Positions 1-9,985 of a DNA stretch of 64,000 nucleotides are shown here, in pieces. The DNA is taken from NCBI GenBank assembly GCA_949298975.1, contig CASFYR010000062.1, positions 8 through 64,007 of the forward strand. The letters run 5' to 3'. How positions within the stretch are numbered: position 1 is the first letter of the stretch; the number at the start of each line of letters is the position of its first letter. The DNA is from an uncultured Bacillota bacterium. GTDB lineage: Bacteria > Bacillota_I > Bacilli_A > Erysipelotrichales > Erysipelotrichaceae. The position numbers were made by a program, and so were the translations under genes. A model generated the notes under the pieces. The model made no database searches. It worked only from the letters and a program-made list of their open reading frames with translations, and had not been told where the DNA came from.

Positions 1-284
1 TACAGACGATCAGAATTGTCCAGAAGTTATATAACCGCAACCTGCGGATCGAAGGGGTATTGCTTACGATGTTTGATGCCCGAACCAATCTGTCGGTCGA
101 AGTTCAGCAGGAAGTTGTTAAACATTTTAAAGAGAAAACATATAAAACTTATATTCCGCGGAATATTAAATTATCCGAAGCGCCAAGCGCCGGGGAATCA
201 ATCTTTGATTATGCGATCAATTCCGAAGGGGCAAGGGCGTATGTTCAGCTTACCCGGGAAATAATCAGGAATAATGAGGAGTAA
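1..284 (+). CDS. parA: ParA/Soj chromosome-partitioning ATPase, C-terminal fragment (5' end outside window)
   Basis: Frame 3 is open from nt 3. Translation ...RIVQKLYNRNLRIEGVLLTMFDARTNLS...IPRNIKLSEAPSAGESIFDY matches the conserved ParA/Soj C-terminus. Lies directly upstream of parB. Confidence 0.85.
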   Translation, partial: QTIRIVQKLYNRNLRIEGVLLTMFDARTNLSVEVQQEVVKHFKEKTYKTYIPRNIKLSEAPSAGESIFDYAINSEGARAYVQLTREIIRNNEE

Positions 285-287
285 AGT

Positions 288-1142
288 ATGGCTAAAAAAC
301 TTAAGAAAGGCTTAGATCAAATATTCGGTGATATTGATGATGTGATCAATGATATCAGTTACAGTTCGGCCAATCAGTCTTTGGCGATCAGGATCGCTGA
401 TATCCGGCCCAATCCCTATCAGCCGCGTAAGGTCTTTAGTGAAGAAGGAATAAATGAACTTGCCGCTTCGATCAGGGAGCACGGTGTATTTCAGCCGATT
501 ATCGTCCGCAAAGCAATCGGCGGGTATGAGCTGATAGCCGGAGAAAGACGGCTGCGGGCTTCAAAGATCGCGGAAAAAGAAGATATCCCGGCCATCGTAG
601 TTGATTTTGATGATCAGCAGATGATGGAGATATCGCTTTTGGAAAATATTCAAAGAGAAGATCTGAATCCGATCGAAGAAGCAGAAGCCTATGATAATCT
701 GATTCATAAGCTCGACTACACCCAAGATGAACTGGCTCAAAGGATCGGCAAATCAAGACCGTATATCACCAATATGCTGCGTCTTTTGAAATTGCCGTCA
801 GCAATCCGGGAAAAAGTTATTAACGGTCAGCTCTCCGGCGGTCATGCCCGGACTTTACTGGCAATTGAAAGCGAAGATGAAGCAATTGCCCTGGCACAAA
901 GAGCGATCAAGGATAAACTGAGCGTCAGGGAACTGGAAAATATCATCAATCAGAAGAAACAATCCAAAAAAACAAAAAGCGAAAAACAGCCGGATCCCGC
1001 TTATGAAAATGTTCGGCATATCATGGAAAATAAACTGGCAACCAAAGTTAAAGTTGAAAAAGACAAGATAGTCATCACTTACCGGGGTGTTGATGATCTT
1101 AATCGTATCCTGGAAATAATGGATTGTCTGGAACAAGAATAA
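288..1142 (+). CDS. parB: ParB/Spo0J partition protein
   Basis: IRPNPYQPRK and LIAGERRLRA ParB-box motifs plus an HTH region. GAGGAG SD lies 7 nt upstream. Confidence 0.9.
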   Translation: MAKKLKKGLDQIFGDIDDVINDISYSSANQSLAIRIADIRPNPYQPRKVFSEEGINELAASIREHGVFQPIIVRKAIGGYELIAGERRLRASKIAEKEDIPAIVVDFDDQQMMEISLLENIQREDLNPIEEAEAYDNLIHKLDYTQDELAQRIGKSRPYITNMLRLLKLPSAIREKVINGQLSGGHARTLLAIESEDEAIALAQRAIKDKLSVRELENIINQKKQSKKTKSEKQPDPAYENVRHIMENKLATKVKVEKDKIVITYRGVDDLNRILEIMDCLEQE

Positions 1143-1167
1143 AACCTGCATAAGGCAGGTTTTTATT
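1141..1167. terminator. Bidirectional intrinsic terminator between parB and the convergent HAD gene
   Basis: AAAACCTGC-ataag-GCAGGTTTT hairpin flanked by an A-run and a T-run. Confidence 0.6.
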
Positions 1168-1992
1168 TTAAAGATTAAAGAATTTTGTCAAATAACGGCA
1201 GACGCCGTCTTCTTCGTTGGTGTATTCCGTCATAAACGGAGTGGTGTTTTTTAGTCCTTCCCGTCCGTTTTTCATAATTACGCTATGGAAGTATCTGCTG
1301 GCCAAAGCCGCCTCATCATTATAAGAGTCGCCAAAAAAGATCACATTGGCATAAGGTTGATCCAAATAATCACAAAGCGCCATTAATCCGCTTTCTTTAT
1401 TGGTAAAATCAGGAGTTATCTCGCCGTTATTAGGCAAAGAAGAAGTAAAATAAAACGGCAGTTCATTGCGTCTGGCTAACAGTTCATCCCGCTCAGCCAT
1501 CACCTTGAACAAAACATTTGCCCGATTGACATAACGCTGATGGTTAATAATATCATCCCGGACCGAACCATCAATAGGGGTTCTGGTTTCCAGCATCATT
1601 TTTTTGATCGGCGGCTCGATATGATAATCGTCAAGATGTTCTAAGGAATAGCGATCGGAAAAAGCATCACCTTTGATCATATAATCAATATCGACCTCGG
1701 TATATTGTTCGAAAAAATCAATAATACTGACAAATTCATCCGGAGTAAAGCAGACTTCCTTGATATATTTATCTTCCAAACCGTCATAAACCAGGGTACC
1801 GGTACTGACCACGCTGTAGCGGAACAATTGTTTGTCATGAAAATAATCAGGCATCCCGCCATAAGAGCGGCCGGTGCAGGGAACAAGATAGTGACCCTGG
1901 GCAAACAGCAGGCGCAAAACCTTTAAAGAATAGGCAGAAACGGTCTTATCATTTTTAAGGATCGTACCGTCAAGATCAAACGCAATAATCAT
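1168..1992 (-). CDS. HAD-superfamily hydrolase, Cof-type (IIB) phosphatase
   Basis: N-terminal MIIAFDLDGT motif I and C-terminal FGDSYND motif IV. Confidence 0.8.
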   Translation of the reverse strand: MIIAFDLDGTILKNDKTVSAYSLKVLRLLFAQGHYLVPCTGRSYGGMPDYFHDKQLFRYSVVSTGTLVYDGLEDKYIKEVCFTPDEFVSIIDFFEQYTEVDIDYMIKGDAFSDRYSLEHLDDYHIEPPIKKMMLETRTPIDGSVRDDIINHQRYVNRANVLFKVMAERDELLARRNELPFYFTSSLPNNGEITPDFTNKESGLMALCDYLDQPYANVIFFGDSYNDEAALASRYFHSVIMKNGREGLKNTTPFMTEYTNEEDGVCRYLTKFFNL

Positions 1993-2078
1993 ATTATGTA
2001 TTATAGCTAAAAGAATTGTTCAGGTAAAGTATTGACAGATAACTGTATCTATGTAATAATCACAGTAGAGGATATCCT

Positions 2079-2447
2079 ATGTTTATCAAGATCGACAACA
2101 AGAGTTCACTGCCCAACTATCTGCAGATTGAAAACCAGATCAAACAGTTGATTTTAAAAGGCGAATTAAAGCAGGGTGATAAACTGCCTTCGATCAGATC
2201 TTTATCAGCTGAGCTTAATATTGCCATCATTACGATCAAAAGAGCGTATGAAGAACTGGAAAAAGATCATATCGTTTTCACCGAAGCAGGCAAGGGAGTT
2301 TTTGTTGCCCCGATCGACCAAAGCGAGATCAAAAGGTCAATAGCCGAGGAGCTGCGCAGCGAATTGGCAAAGACCGTCAATAAGGCTAAAAGTTTTGGCT
2401 TTAGTGATGAAGAGATCGAAGAAATGATAAGGAGCGTATATGAATGA
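2079..2447 (+). CDS. GntR-family transcriptional regulator, short YtrA-like subtype
   Basis: 122 aa. GntR wHTH motif (LPSIRSLSAELNIAIITIKRAYEELEKD) with a short C-terminal tail. First gene of an ABC module. Confidence 0.8.
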   Translation: MFIKIDNKSSLPNYLQIENQIKQLILKGELKQGDKLPSIRSLSAELNIAIITIKRAYEELEKDHIVFTEAGKGVFVAPIDQSEIKRSIAEELRSELAKTVNKAKSFGFSDEEIEEMIRSVYE

Positions 2448-3291
2448 TTATGTTGTATCAATCAAAGATCTGATGATCACCTATTCCGATTTTAGGTTGA
2501 TGATTGAAGAATTGAATCTGAATAAAGGTTATGTATATGGTTTGATCGGCAAAAACGGCAGCGGCAAAACGACCCTGCTGGACGCTTTGTTAGATCTCAT
2601 TCCTCATTGCGAAGACGATGTACGGATATTTGGCCAAAGAATCAAAGACAACGAGGTGGCTATAAAAAACCGGATCGCTTATGTCAGTGATGATTTTGTT
2701 TTCCCGGGCAATTATAATCTGAATAAAGTGGCAAAAGATATTGCTCCATTTTACGAACGGTTTGACGAAAAGTGTTTTAATCAGCTAATTAATAAATTTG
2801 GTCTTTCAAAATACACCAAGTTTAAAGATATGTCTAAAGGCAGTCAAAATAAGGCCTATATCGCTTTCGCTTTGTCGCATGGTGCCGACCTTATCGTTAT
2901 GGATGAACCGACAGCAAATCTGGATCCGATTGCCCGCAAGGATATTTTGGATGTTTTGTACGAAATCATGAGCGAAGAAGATAAAACGATCATCTTTTCC
3001 ACCCACATTACCAGCGATTTGGATAAGATCGCCGACCATGTCATCTTGCTGGATCAAGGCAGGATTCAGTTTAATCTGCCGAAAGACAAACTGGAAGAGG
3101 AGTGCTGTAAGGTGTTCTTGGAAGAGATAGATGAAAACATCCGGCCATACCTAAAAGGAATCAAGCGGCATGCCAACGGTTATGAAGCGTTGTGTATCAA
3201 TTCCACCCGTTTCATGGATGATGATCGCTATCAGTTCAGCCGGGCAACGATCGAAGATATAATGTACTACTGGGAGATCAAGAATGAATAA
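2440..3291 (+). CDS. ABC transporter ATP-binding protein
   Basis: Walker A GKNGSGKTT, signature-like MSKGSQNK, Walker B LIVMDEPTANLD. Start overlaps the GntR stop. Confidence 0.85.
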   Translation: MNDYVVSIKDLMITYSDFRLMIEELNLNKGYVYGLIGKNGSGKTTLLDALLDLIPHCEDDVRIFGQRIKDNEVAIKNRIAYVSDDFVFPGNYNLNKVAKDIAPFYERFDEKCFNQLINKFGLSKYTKFKDMSKGSQNKAYIAFALSHGADLIVMDEPTANLDPIARKDILDVLYEIMSEEDKTIIFSTHITSDLDKIADHVILLDQGRIQFNLPKDKLEEECCKVFLEEIDENIRPYLKGIKRHANGYEALCINSTRFMDDDRYQFSRATIEDIMYYWEIKNE

Positions 3292-4519
3292 GTATCTTTC
3301 ACTGATGATCAGAAAAAAAATTTTTGCCTGGCTAATTTCCGCACTGTTTTTGATCATAATGGCAACCGGGATCTTCTACCTTAATATATTCTTGATTTTA
3401 GGCGTTTTTATAATCGCCGGATTTATGGTTTTGAATTATGATATCACCAATCAGAACTGGAAAAAAGTCAAGATCAACAAGGTGCTCAAGATCCTGCCGA
3501 TCGATACAGGAAAGTATTGCCTTGTCAAAGTGATAAATGCTCTGATTTGGTCGGGATTTTCTTTTGCCGCAACAATGCTTTATCTTTGGTCGGCGTCACC
3601 ATATAACGCGGCGCTGACAGGAATAAACATAGAATTGTACGCGGTCGTGATTTTATGCGCGTTTAATTCGCTGTGGCTGGTTATTTTTGAATCGGTATAT
3701 AAAAAACCGCCGCTTGAGATCTGGTACAGTTTTGCTTATTACAACAGCTTGGCCGCTTTATTTCTGGCCACTTACGGCCGCCTTGATCTTCCTTTAGGAT
3801 TGATCGGCACCTATCTGATACTGGAAATATTACTGGTTATCGCCGGATATGCTTTTTATTGGTTCGCGAAGCACGAAAACAATAATGAAACAATCACTTT
3901 CAGCGGTCCGGGCCGCATGGGCCGGGTTATTCAGCTGCGCAAATATGCAATCAATAAAAAGATCAATAAAATCAACTGGCTGCCGCAGGCATACTTTGCT
4001 TATTATCTGCTGTTTAAAAACAGATCAGAATTATGGTTGTTTTTACCGTTTTTAATCATTCTTTGTATTGTGATCGTGATCGAATCCGATAAGGAGCGGT
4101 CAATGATAAAAATTGCCCCGATCAGCGCCAAAGAGAGAAAGAAAACCGTTTATTTCCAAAGCATCGGCAGTTTGATGGCGTGGCAGATAGTACTGGCTTT
4201 TATAATCATGGTGTTTGATCGTGATTTGATGTTTTCGCAAGCATTAATAATGATCGGATCACTTTTGGTGTTCAGTTATACCGACGGCATCCTTGCCAAC
4301 TTTATCTATAACCGGCGCGATCATTTTCTCTCACTCTTTTTAGGGTCGATAATATTTACAGCGGTCTTGGCTGGCGAAATGATCGTTCTTGTTCAAACGA
4401 TGAACGGTACGTTTGATGCGGTTTGGTCATATCCGCTGCCAATAGCGGCTGTTGGTTTGGTTGTTATTGCCAGTATGGCAATGTTTGCGGATATTAATAT
4501 CAAAAAGAAACGGGTGTAA
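3284..4519 (+). CDS. Polytopic membrane protein, putative permease partner of the ABC ATPase
   Basis: About 10 hydrophobic segments. The two halves each carry a K-I-x-P-I-[DS] loop (KILPIDTGK / KIAPISAKE), suggesting internal duplication. 8-nt overlap with the upstream ATPase gene. Confidence 0.5.
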   Translation: MNKYLSLMIRKKIFAWLISALFLIIMATGIFYLNIFLILGVFIIAGFMVLNYDITNQNWKKVKINKVLKILPIDTGKYCLVKVINALIWSGFSFAATMLYLWSASPYNAALTGINIELYAVVILCAFNSLWLVIFESVYKKPPLEIWYSFAYYNSLAALFLATYGRLDLPLGLIGTYLILEILLVIAGYAFYWFAKHENNNETITFSGPGRMGRVIQLRKYAINKKINKINWLPQAYFAYYLLFKNRSELWLFLPFLIILCIVIVIESDKERSMIKIAPISAKERKKTVYFQSIGSLMAWQIVLAFIIMVFDRDLMFSQALIMIGSLLVFSYTDGILANFIYNRRDHFLSLFLGSIIFTAVLAGEMIVLVQTMNGTFDAVWSYPLPIAAVGLVVIASMAMFADINIKKKRV

Positions 4520-5142
4520 TGATGAAAAATAAACAGCAGATTATAGTATATACGATAATTCTTGTAATGATCATCATTGCTTTGGCAGTCTTCGTTTCAA
4601 AAAAGATCAAAGAGATTCACGAAATGACGATCGACTGTTATGGCATCAGTGGTCAATCTCTATATTATAAAGAGAAACAAGGTGATTTTACCTGTAAATT
4701 AGTCGGCGAGTTGCCTGATAACGGTGAAACCGCTTCTTTTGACTGCCGTTTTACTCTTTTCCCTTTGCTGGGAGACAATAAAAAGCAGAAGATCGATAAT
4801 TTGCTGATTGGCGACGTATATGACGAACAGCTAAAACAGATCATTGATGTGTACGCCGGCGAAGAAAATGTTAAGGTTGTTTTGTATCGCAGCGGGCGGC
4901 TTGGGGTCGATCTGATCTTTGCAAGCGTCGCTGAAGATGTCTTTCAAATCGATACTTTTGAGCATGTGGCACAAGAATCAAACGGAGCAATGGTAACGGT
5001 CGAAGCGATCGATGAAAACGGCTATCAGTATAATTATGGTATTGAATTGGTCAGGGGACAGGCATTGACAAAAGAAGAATTCAACGAATACCTGACAGAT
5101 AAAATGGAAGAGGGGTATCAGATATTTAAAGATGAAAGGTAA
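4519..5142 (+). CDS. Hypothetical membrane-anchored protein (single N-terminal TM)
   Basis: 207-aa ORF, start overlaps the preceding stop (TAATGATG). N-terminal hydrophobic helix. No recognisable motif. Confidence 0.45.
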   Translation: MMKNKQQIIVYTIILVMIIIALAVFVSKKIKEIHEMTIDCYGISGQSLYYKEKQGDFTCKLVGELPDNGETASFDCRFTLFPLLGDNKKQKIDNLLIGDVYDEQLKQIIDVYAGEENVKVVLYRSGRLGVDLIFASVAEDVFQIDTFEHVAQESNGAMVTVEAIDENGYQYNYGIELVRGQALTKEEFNEYLTDKMEEGYQIFKDER

Positions 5143-5159
5143 TAAAATACCCTGAAATA

Positions 5160-5188
5160 TTGACAAAAGGTTCATATTTACCTAAAAT
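5160..5188 (+). promoter_or_regulatory. Sigma-A type promoter of rpmH-rnpA-yidC-jag
   Basis: TTGACA-N17-TAAAAT, about 40 nt upstream of the rpmH ATG. Confidence 0.6.
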
Positions 5189-5230
5189 TAAAGGGCAACT
5201 TGGAAAATTTGTTAGAAATGAGGTGTATGT

Positions 5231-5365
5231 ATGAAAAGAACTTATCAGCCAAGTAAGAGAAAACACCAAAAAACACACGGTTTCCGCGCCCGGATGAAAA
5301 CGGTTGGAGGACGCAAGGTGCTTTCCAGACGCCGTTCTAAAGGTAGAAAGGTATTATCTGCATAA
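5231..5365 (+). CDS. rpmH: 50S ribosomal protein L34
   Basis: 44-aa [47 protein letters not shown]. Canonical L34 sequence and canonical position upstream of rnpA. Below the ORF-track length cutoff. Confidence 0.92.
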   Translation: MKRTYQPSKRKHQKTHGFRARMKTVGGRKVLSRRRSKGRKVLSA

Positions 5366-5396
5366 AGTCACTTGAAGGTGGCTTTTTATTAATCTT

Positions 5397-5729
5397 ATGA
5401 ATAAACACCAGCGCATCCGGAAAAACGAAGAATTTCAAAGGATCATCGGTTTAAAACATACTTTTGTCACGAGAAATTACATCATTTATTATGATCGCAA
5501 AAAGGAAGAAAATCCGCGTTTTGGTCTCAGCGTCTCAAAAAAGATCGGTAAAGCCCATATCCGCAATCTGATCAAAAGACAGCTGAGGATGATGATCATT
5601 GATATTGTTGATTTTTCTGGCTATGAATATGACGCGATCATCATAGTCAGGGCCGATTATTTGCATAATTCGTTTGATGATAATAAAAAAAGTTTGGCAA
5701 AGGCCTTAAAAAAAGTTAGAATTATATAG
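5397..5729 (+). CDS. rnpA: Ribonuclease P protein component
   Basis: 110 aa, basic. RNR-like KKIGKAHIRNLIKRQLR motif. Synteny rpmH-rnpA-yidC. Confidence 0.85.
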   Translation: MNKHQRIRKNEEFQRIIGLKHTFVTRNYIIYYDRKKEENPRFGLSVSKKIGKAHIRNLIKRQLRMMIIDIVDFSGYEYDAIIIVRADYLHNSFDDNKKSLAKALKKVRII

Positions 5730-5753
5730 TATAAATCAAAGGAGCAAGTAAAA

Positions 5754-6620
5754 ATGAATAAAAAGAAACTGCTGATACTGATCAGCGTTCTGATGGTGTT
5801 GTTTCTGGCGACAGGCTGTTCAATCCCTAAAGACAGCGAAGGCAACAACATTCTGATCACTCTTGACACCACCTTCCGGCAGATGATGGACTCTGAGGGT
5901 TTCTTCAGCGCCATCTTCGTCTATCCGCTATCACAGTTCATCAATATCATTACCCCGTATACCAATGTCGGGATATCGATCTTAGTCGTAACCGCGGTAA
6001 TTAACGGTCTGGTGGTATTGTTTACCCTTAAGCAGAATATTGCGATGCAGCGGATGCAGCAGCTGCAGCCGGAGATCCAGAGGATCCAGCGCAAGTATGA
6101 AGGCCGGACCGATCAGAACTCCAAAATGCGCATGGCGCAGGAGATGCAAAACCTTTACAGCAAGAATCACATCAATCCGATGAGTTCGTTTATCGGACTG
6201 TTTATCCAGTTCCCGATCCTGATCGCCATGTATATGGCTTGTCAAAGAGCGGAGGCGGTTGCCAAGGGTTCGTTCTTCGGCATTTCGCTTGAACCGACCC
6301 CGTTAGCCGGGATTACCGGCGGTCAGTGGGTTTATGCCGTTTTCTTCTTATTGATGCTGGGTATTCAGCTCAGTTCCATTATGATCCCGCAATGGCTGGC
6401 TAAAAGGAGAGCGAAAAAAGAAGCGGAACTGCACCACCGTCCATACCGTCCGACCCCTAACCCGATGGGCAACACCATGTATTTCATGATGATCTTCATT
6501 TTTGTTTTAGCGATCAACTGGCCGACAGCCATGACTTTCTACTGGATCGTTTCCGGTATAGTCAATATCGTTAAAGCGGTTATTGTCGATGCGATAGCCA
6601 ACAGGAAGAAAGAGGCGTAA
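5754..6620 (+). CDS. yidC: YidC/Oxa1-family membrane insertase (lipoprotein type)
   Basis: Lipobox LATGC after the signal peptide, conserved multi-TM core, basic C-tail. Synteny with rnpA and jag. Confidence 0.9.
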   Translation: MNKKKLLILISVLMVLFLATGCSIPKDSEGNNILITLDTTFRQMMDSEGFFSAIFVYPLSQFINIITPYTNVGISILVVTAVINGLVVLFTLKQNIAMQRMQQLQPEIQRIQRKYEGRTDQNSKMRMAQEMQNLYSKNHINPMSSFIGLFIQFPILIAMYMACQRAEAVAKGSFFGISLEPTPLAGITGGQWVYAVFFLLMLGIQLSSIMIPQWLAKRRAKKEAELHHRPYRPTPNPMGNTMYFMMIFIFVLAINWPTAMTFYWIVSGIVNIVKAVIVDAIANRKKEA

Positions 6621-6622
6621 AG

Positions 6623-7240
6623 ATGAAAACATATACGGCAAAAACTCTTGAAGATGTTTTGAACAACATCGCTAAAGAAAAAGGATGTAAAATCGAAGAA
6701 ATCAATTATGAAGTGCTGGAAGAAAAGAAGACCTTGCTTGGTTTTGGCAATTCAGTGACGGTCGAAGCTTATACCAAACAGGATATCAAAGAGTTTATCT
6801 TTGATTACCTCGGCACATATTTTACCGAATTAAATCAAGCGGTCTCCATTGAGATCATTACCGAAGAAAATATGTTTAAAGTAGTGCTTGACGCCGAGAA
6901 TAACGCCATTATCATCGGTAAGGGCGGCCAGACCTTAAGAGCGATTACCAATGTCTTAAAAGGCGCGGTCAACAATACCTTTAAAAAACGGGTCAATCTG
7001 GTAGTGGATGTCAATAACTATAAAGAGGACCGTTACCGCAAAGTTAAGCATATCGCTGCCCGCGTCGCTAAAGAAGTACGCAAGAGCCATATCGACGCCG
7101 CTTTGGATCCGATGCCTAATGATGAAAGAAAAGTCATCCATCAATATCTGACCGATTTTAAAGGAGTCAGAACCGAATCGGAAGGCGAAGGCGGCAAACG
7201 TCATATCGTTATCAAGTATGTTGAAGAGAAGTCTGAATAA
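6623..7240 (+). CDS. jag: Jag/KhpB RNA-binding protein (Jag_N, KH, R3H domains)
   Basis: IIGKGGQTLRAI KH motif and a C-terminal R3H-like region (ERKVIHQYL). Directly follows yidC. Confidence 0.85.
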   Translation: MKTYTAKTLEDVLNNIAKEKGCKIEEINYEVLEEKKTLLGFGNSVTVEAYTKQDIKEFIFDYLGTYFTELNQAVSIEIITEENMFKVVLDAENNAIIIGKGGQTLRAITNVLKGAVNNTFKKRVNLVVDVNNYKEDRYRKVKHIAARVAKEVRKSHIDAALDPMPNDERKVIHQYLTDFKGVRTESEGEGGKRHIVIKYVEEKSE

Positions 7241-7262
7241 GATTTCTCTTTTTATTTATTTT
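7225..7262 (+). terminator. Intrinsic terminator of the rpmH-jag operon
   Basis: AGAGAAGTC-tgaataa-GATTTCTCT (9 bp, 1 GU) with the jag stop codon in the loop, followed by TTTTTATTTATTTTTTT. Confidence 0.6.
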
Positions 7263-7263
7263 T

Positions 7264-7290
7264 TTAGCACTCTTATTGACAGAGTGCTAT
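7264..7290 (+). promoter_or_regulatory. CIRCE operator (HrcA binding site)
   Basis: TTAGCACTC-N9-GAGTGCTAT versus consensus TTAGCACTC-N9-GAGTGCTAA, upstream of groES. Confidence 0.88.
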
Positions 7291-7303
7291 TAATGAGTAT
7301 AAT
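7276..7303 (+). promoter_or_regulatory. groESL promoter
   Basis: TTGACA (inside the CIRCE spacer)-N16-TATAAT. Confidence 0.6.
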
Positions 7304-7330
7304 AGGTTTTGCAAGGTTAGGAGGGATAAT

Positions 7331-7615
7331 ATGATTAAACCTTTGTATAACAATGTATTGCTGAAAAAGGAAAAAGCAACCAACGAAACAAAAAGCGGCA
7401 TTATCTTAACGCAGAAAGAAAAGAACGAAGAATATGCCACCGTTGTAGCCGTCAGCGATCTGAAAGAAGTGAAAATTAATGATAAGGTATATCAGATGCC
7501 TTTAAAGCCGGGAGACAAGGTAATGTATAAGAAATATTCCGGTACTGATATCAAAGAAAATGAGGAGGAGTATATCCTCATCAGCGCCGAAGATATTCTG
7601 GCAATTGTAGAATAG
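7331..7615 (+). CDS. groES: Co-chaperonin GroES
   Basis: 94 aa, MIKPLYNNVLLKK...SGIIL mobile-loop region. AGGAGG SD. Confidence 0.95.
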   Translation: MIKPLYNNVLLKKEKATNETKSGIILTQKEKNEEYATVVAVSDLKEVKINDKVYQMPLKPGDKVMYKKYSGTDIKENEEEYILISAEDILAIVE

Positions 7616-7626
7616 GAGTGATATAA

Positions 7627-9243
<1,617 letters not shown>

Positions 9244-9255
9244 TCCGATAACGAA

Positions 9256-9289
9256 ACGGTATTGATCAAAAGTCAATGCCGTTTTTTTG
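9256..9289 (+). terminator. Intrinsic terminator after groEL
   Basis: ACGGTATTGA-N7-TCAATGCCGT followed by T7. Confidence 0.75.
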
Positions 9290-9315
9290 TTGTGGATCAG
9301 ATATTTGAGTATAAT
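9287..9315 (+). promoter_or_regulatory. Promoter placing the TSS on the ispD-like ATG (leaderless candidate)
   Basis: TTGTTG-N17-TATAAT. The ATG at 9322 lies 6 nt after the -10 and there is no SD. Confidence 0.45.
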
Positions 9316-9321
9316 TGAGTT

Positions 9322-9954
9322 ATGAAATATGATGCGATTGTTTTAGCCGGCGGCAAAGGCACCAGACTTAATCTGGGCTATAATAAGGTTTTTTATCAGA
9401 TGGATAACGGCTATACTGTTTTGGAAAACGCCTGTGCCAATTTTATCTCCGACGAAGATTGTCAAAGAGTGATCATTGCCGTTTCGGATGAAGACCGGAA
9501 ATTTTTGAAGTATGCCCCCAAAATGGTGATCGTCAAAAACGGAACCGAACGATTTGATTCGGTTTTTAATGCCTTGATGGAAGTTAAAGAAGAGTATGTA
9601 ATGATCCATGATGGTGCCAGACCATATCTTACGATGGCTGATATCGGTAATCTGAAAGCCGGTTTAATGCAAGATGACGCCTGTATGCTGGGTTTGAGAT
9701 CCAAAGATACGGTCAAGGAAGTAAAAGACGGCTATGTACAAAAAACGCTGGACCGCGATCATATTTATCTGGCTCAAACTCCGCAGTGTTTTAAGAGCAT
9801 CTACATCAAAGATGCGTATAGCCAAGCTAAAAAGTCAAGAAAACATTTCACTGATGACGCCGCAGTCTTTGAAGAATTCTATGATGAGAAGATCCGGATG
9901 ATCAATTCGACCACCAGCAATAATAAAATTACCTTTATCGACGATCTGCGGTAG
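9322..9954 (+). CDS. IspD/TarI-family cytidylyltransferase (2-C-methyl-D-erythritol-4-P or ribitol-5-P type)
   Basis: N-terminal AIVLAGGKGTRL nucleotidyltransferase motif, HDGARP motif, 210 aa. Confidence 0.7.
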   Translation: MKYDAIVLAGGKGTRLNLGYNKVFYQMDNGYTVLENACANFISDEDCQRVIIAVSDEDRKFLKYAPKMVIVKNGTERFDSVFNALMEVKEEYVMIHDGARPYLTMADIGNLKAGLMQDDACMLGLRSKDTVKEVKDGYVQKTLDRDHIYLAQTPQCFKSIYIKDAYSQAKKSRKHFTDDAAVFEEFYDEKIRMINSTTSNNKITFIDDLR

Positions 9955-9985
9955 GAAAAACGAACAGACAGGTATATAAATAAGT

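Noticed and set aside
1-5230. parS sites and a DnaA-box cluster (oriC)
   Set aside because: No TGTTNCACGTGAAACA-like palindrome or repeated TTATCCACA was seen by eye. The only loosely similar word is TGTGGATCA near 9291. A pattern scan allowing mismatches would be needed to exclude them fully.
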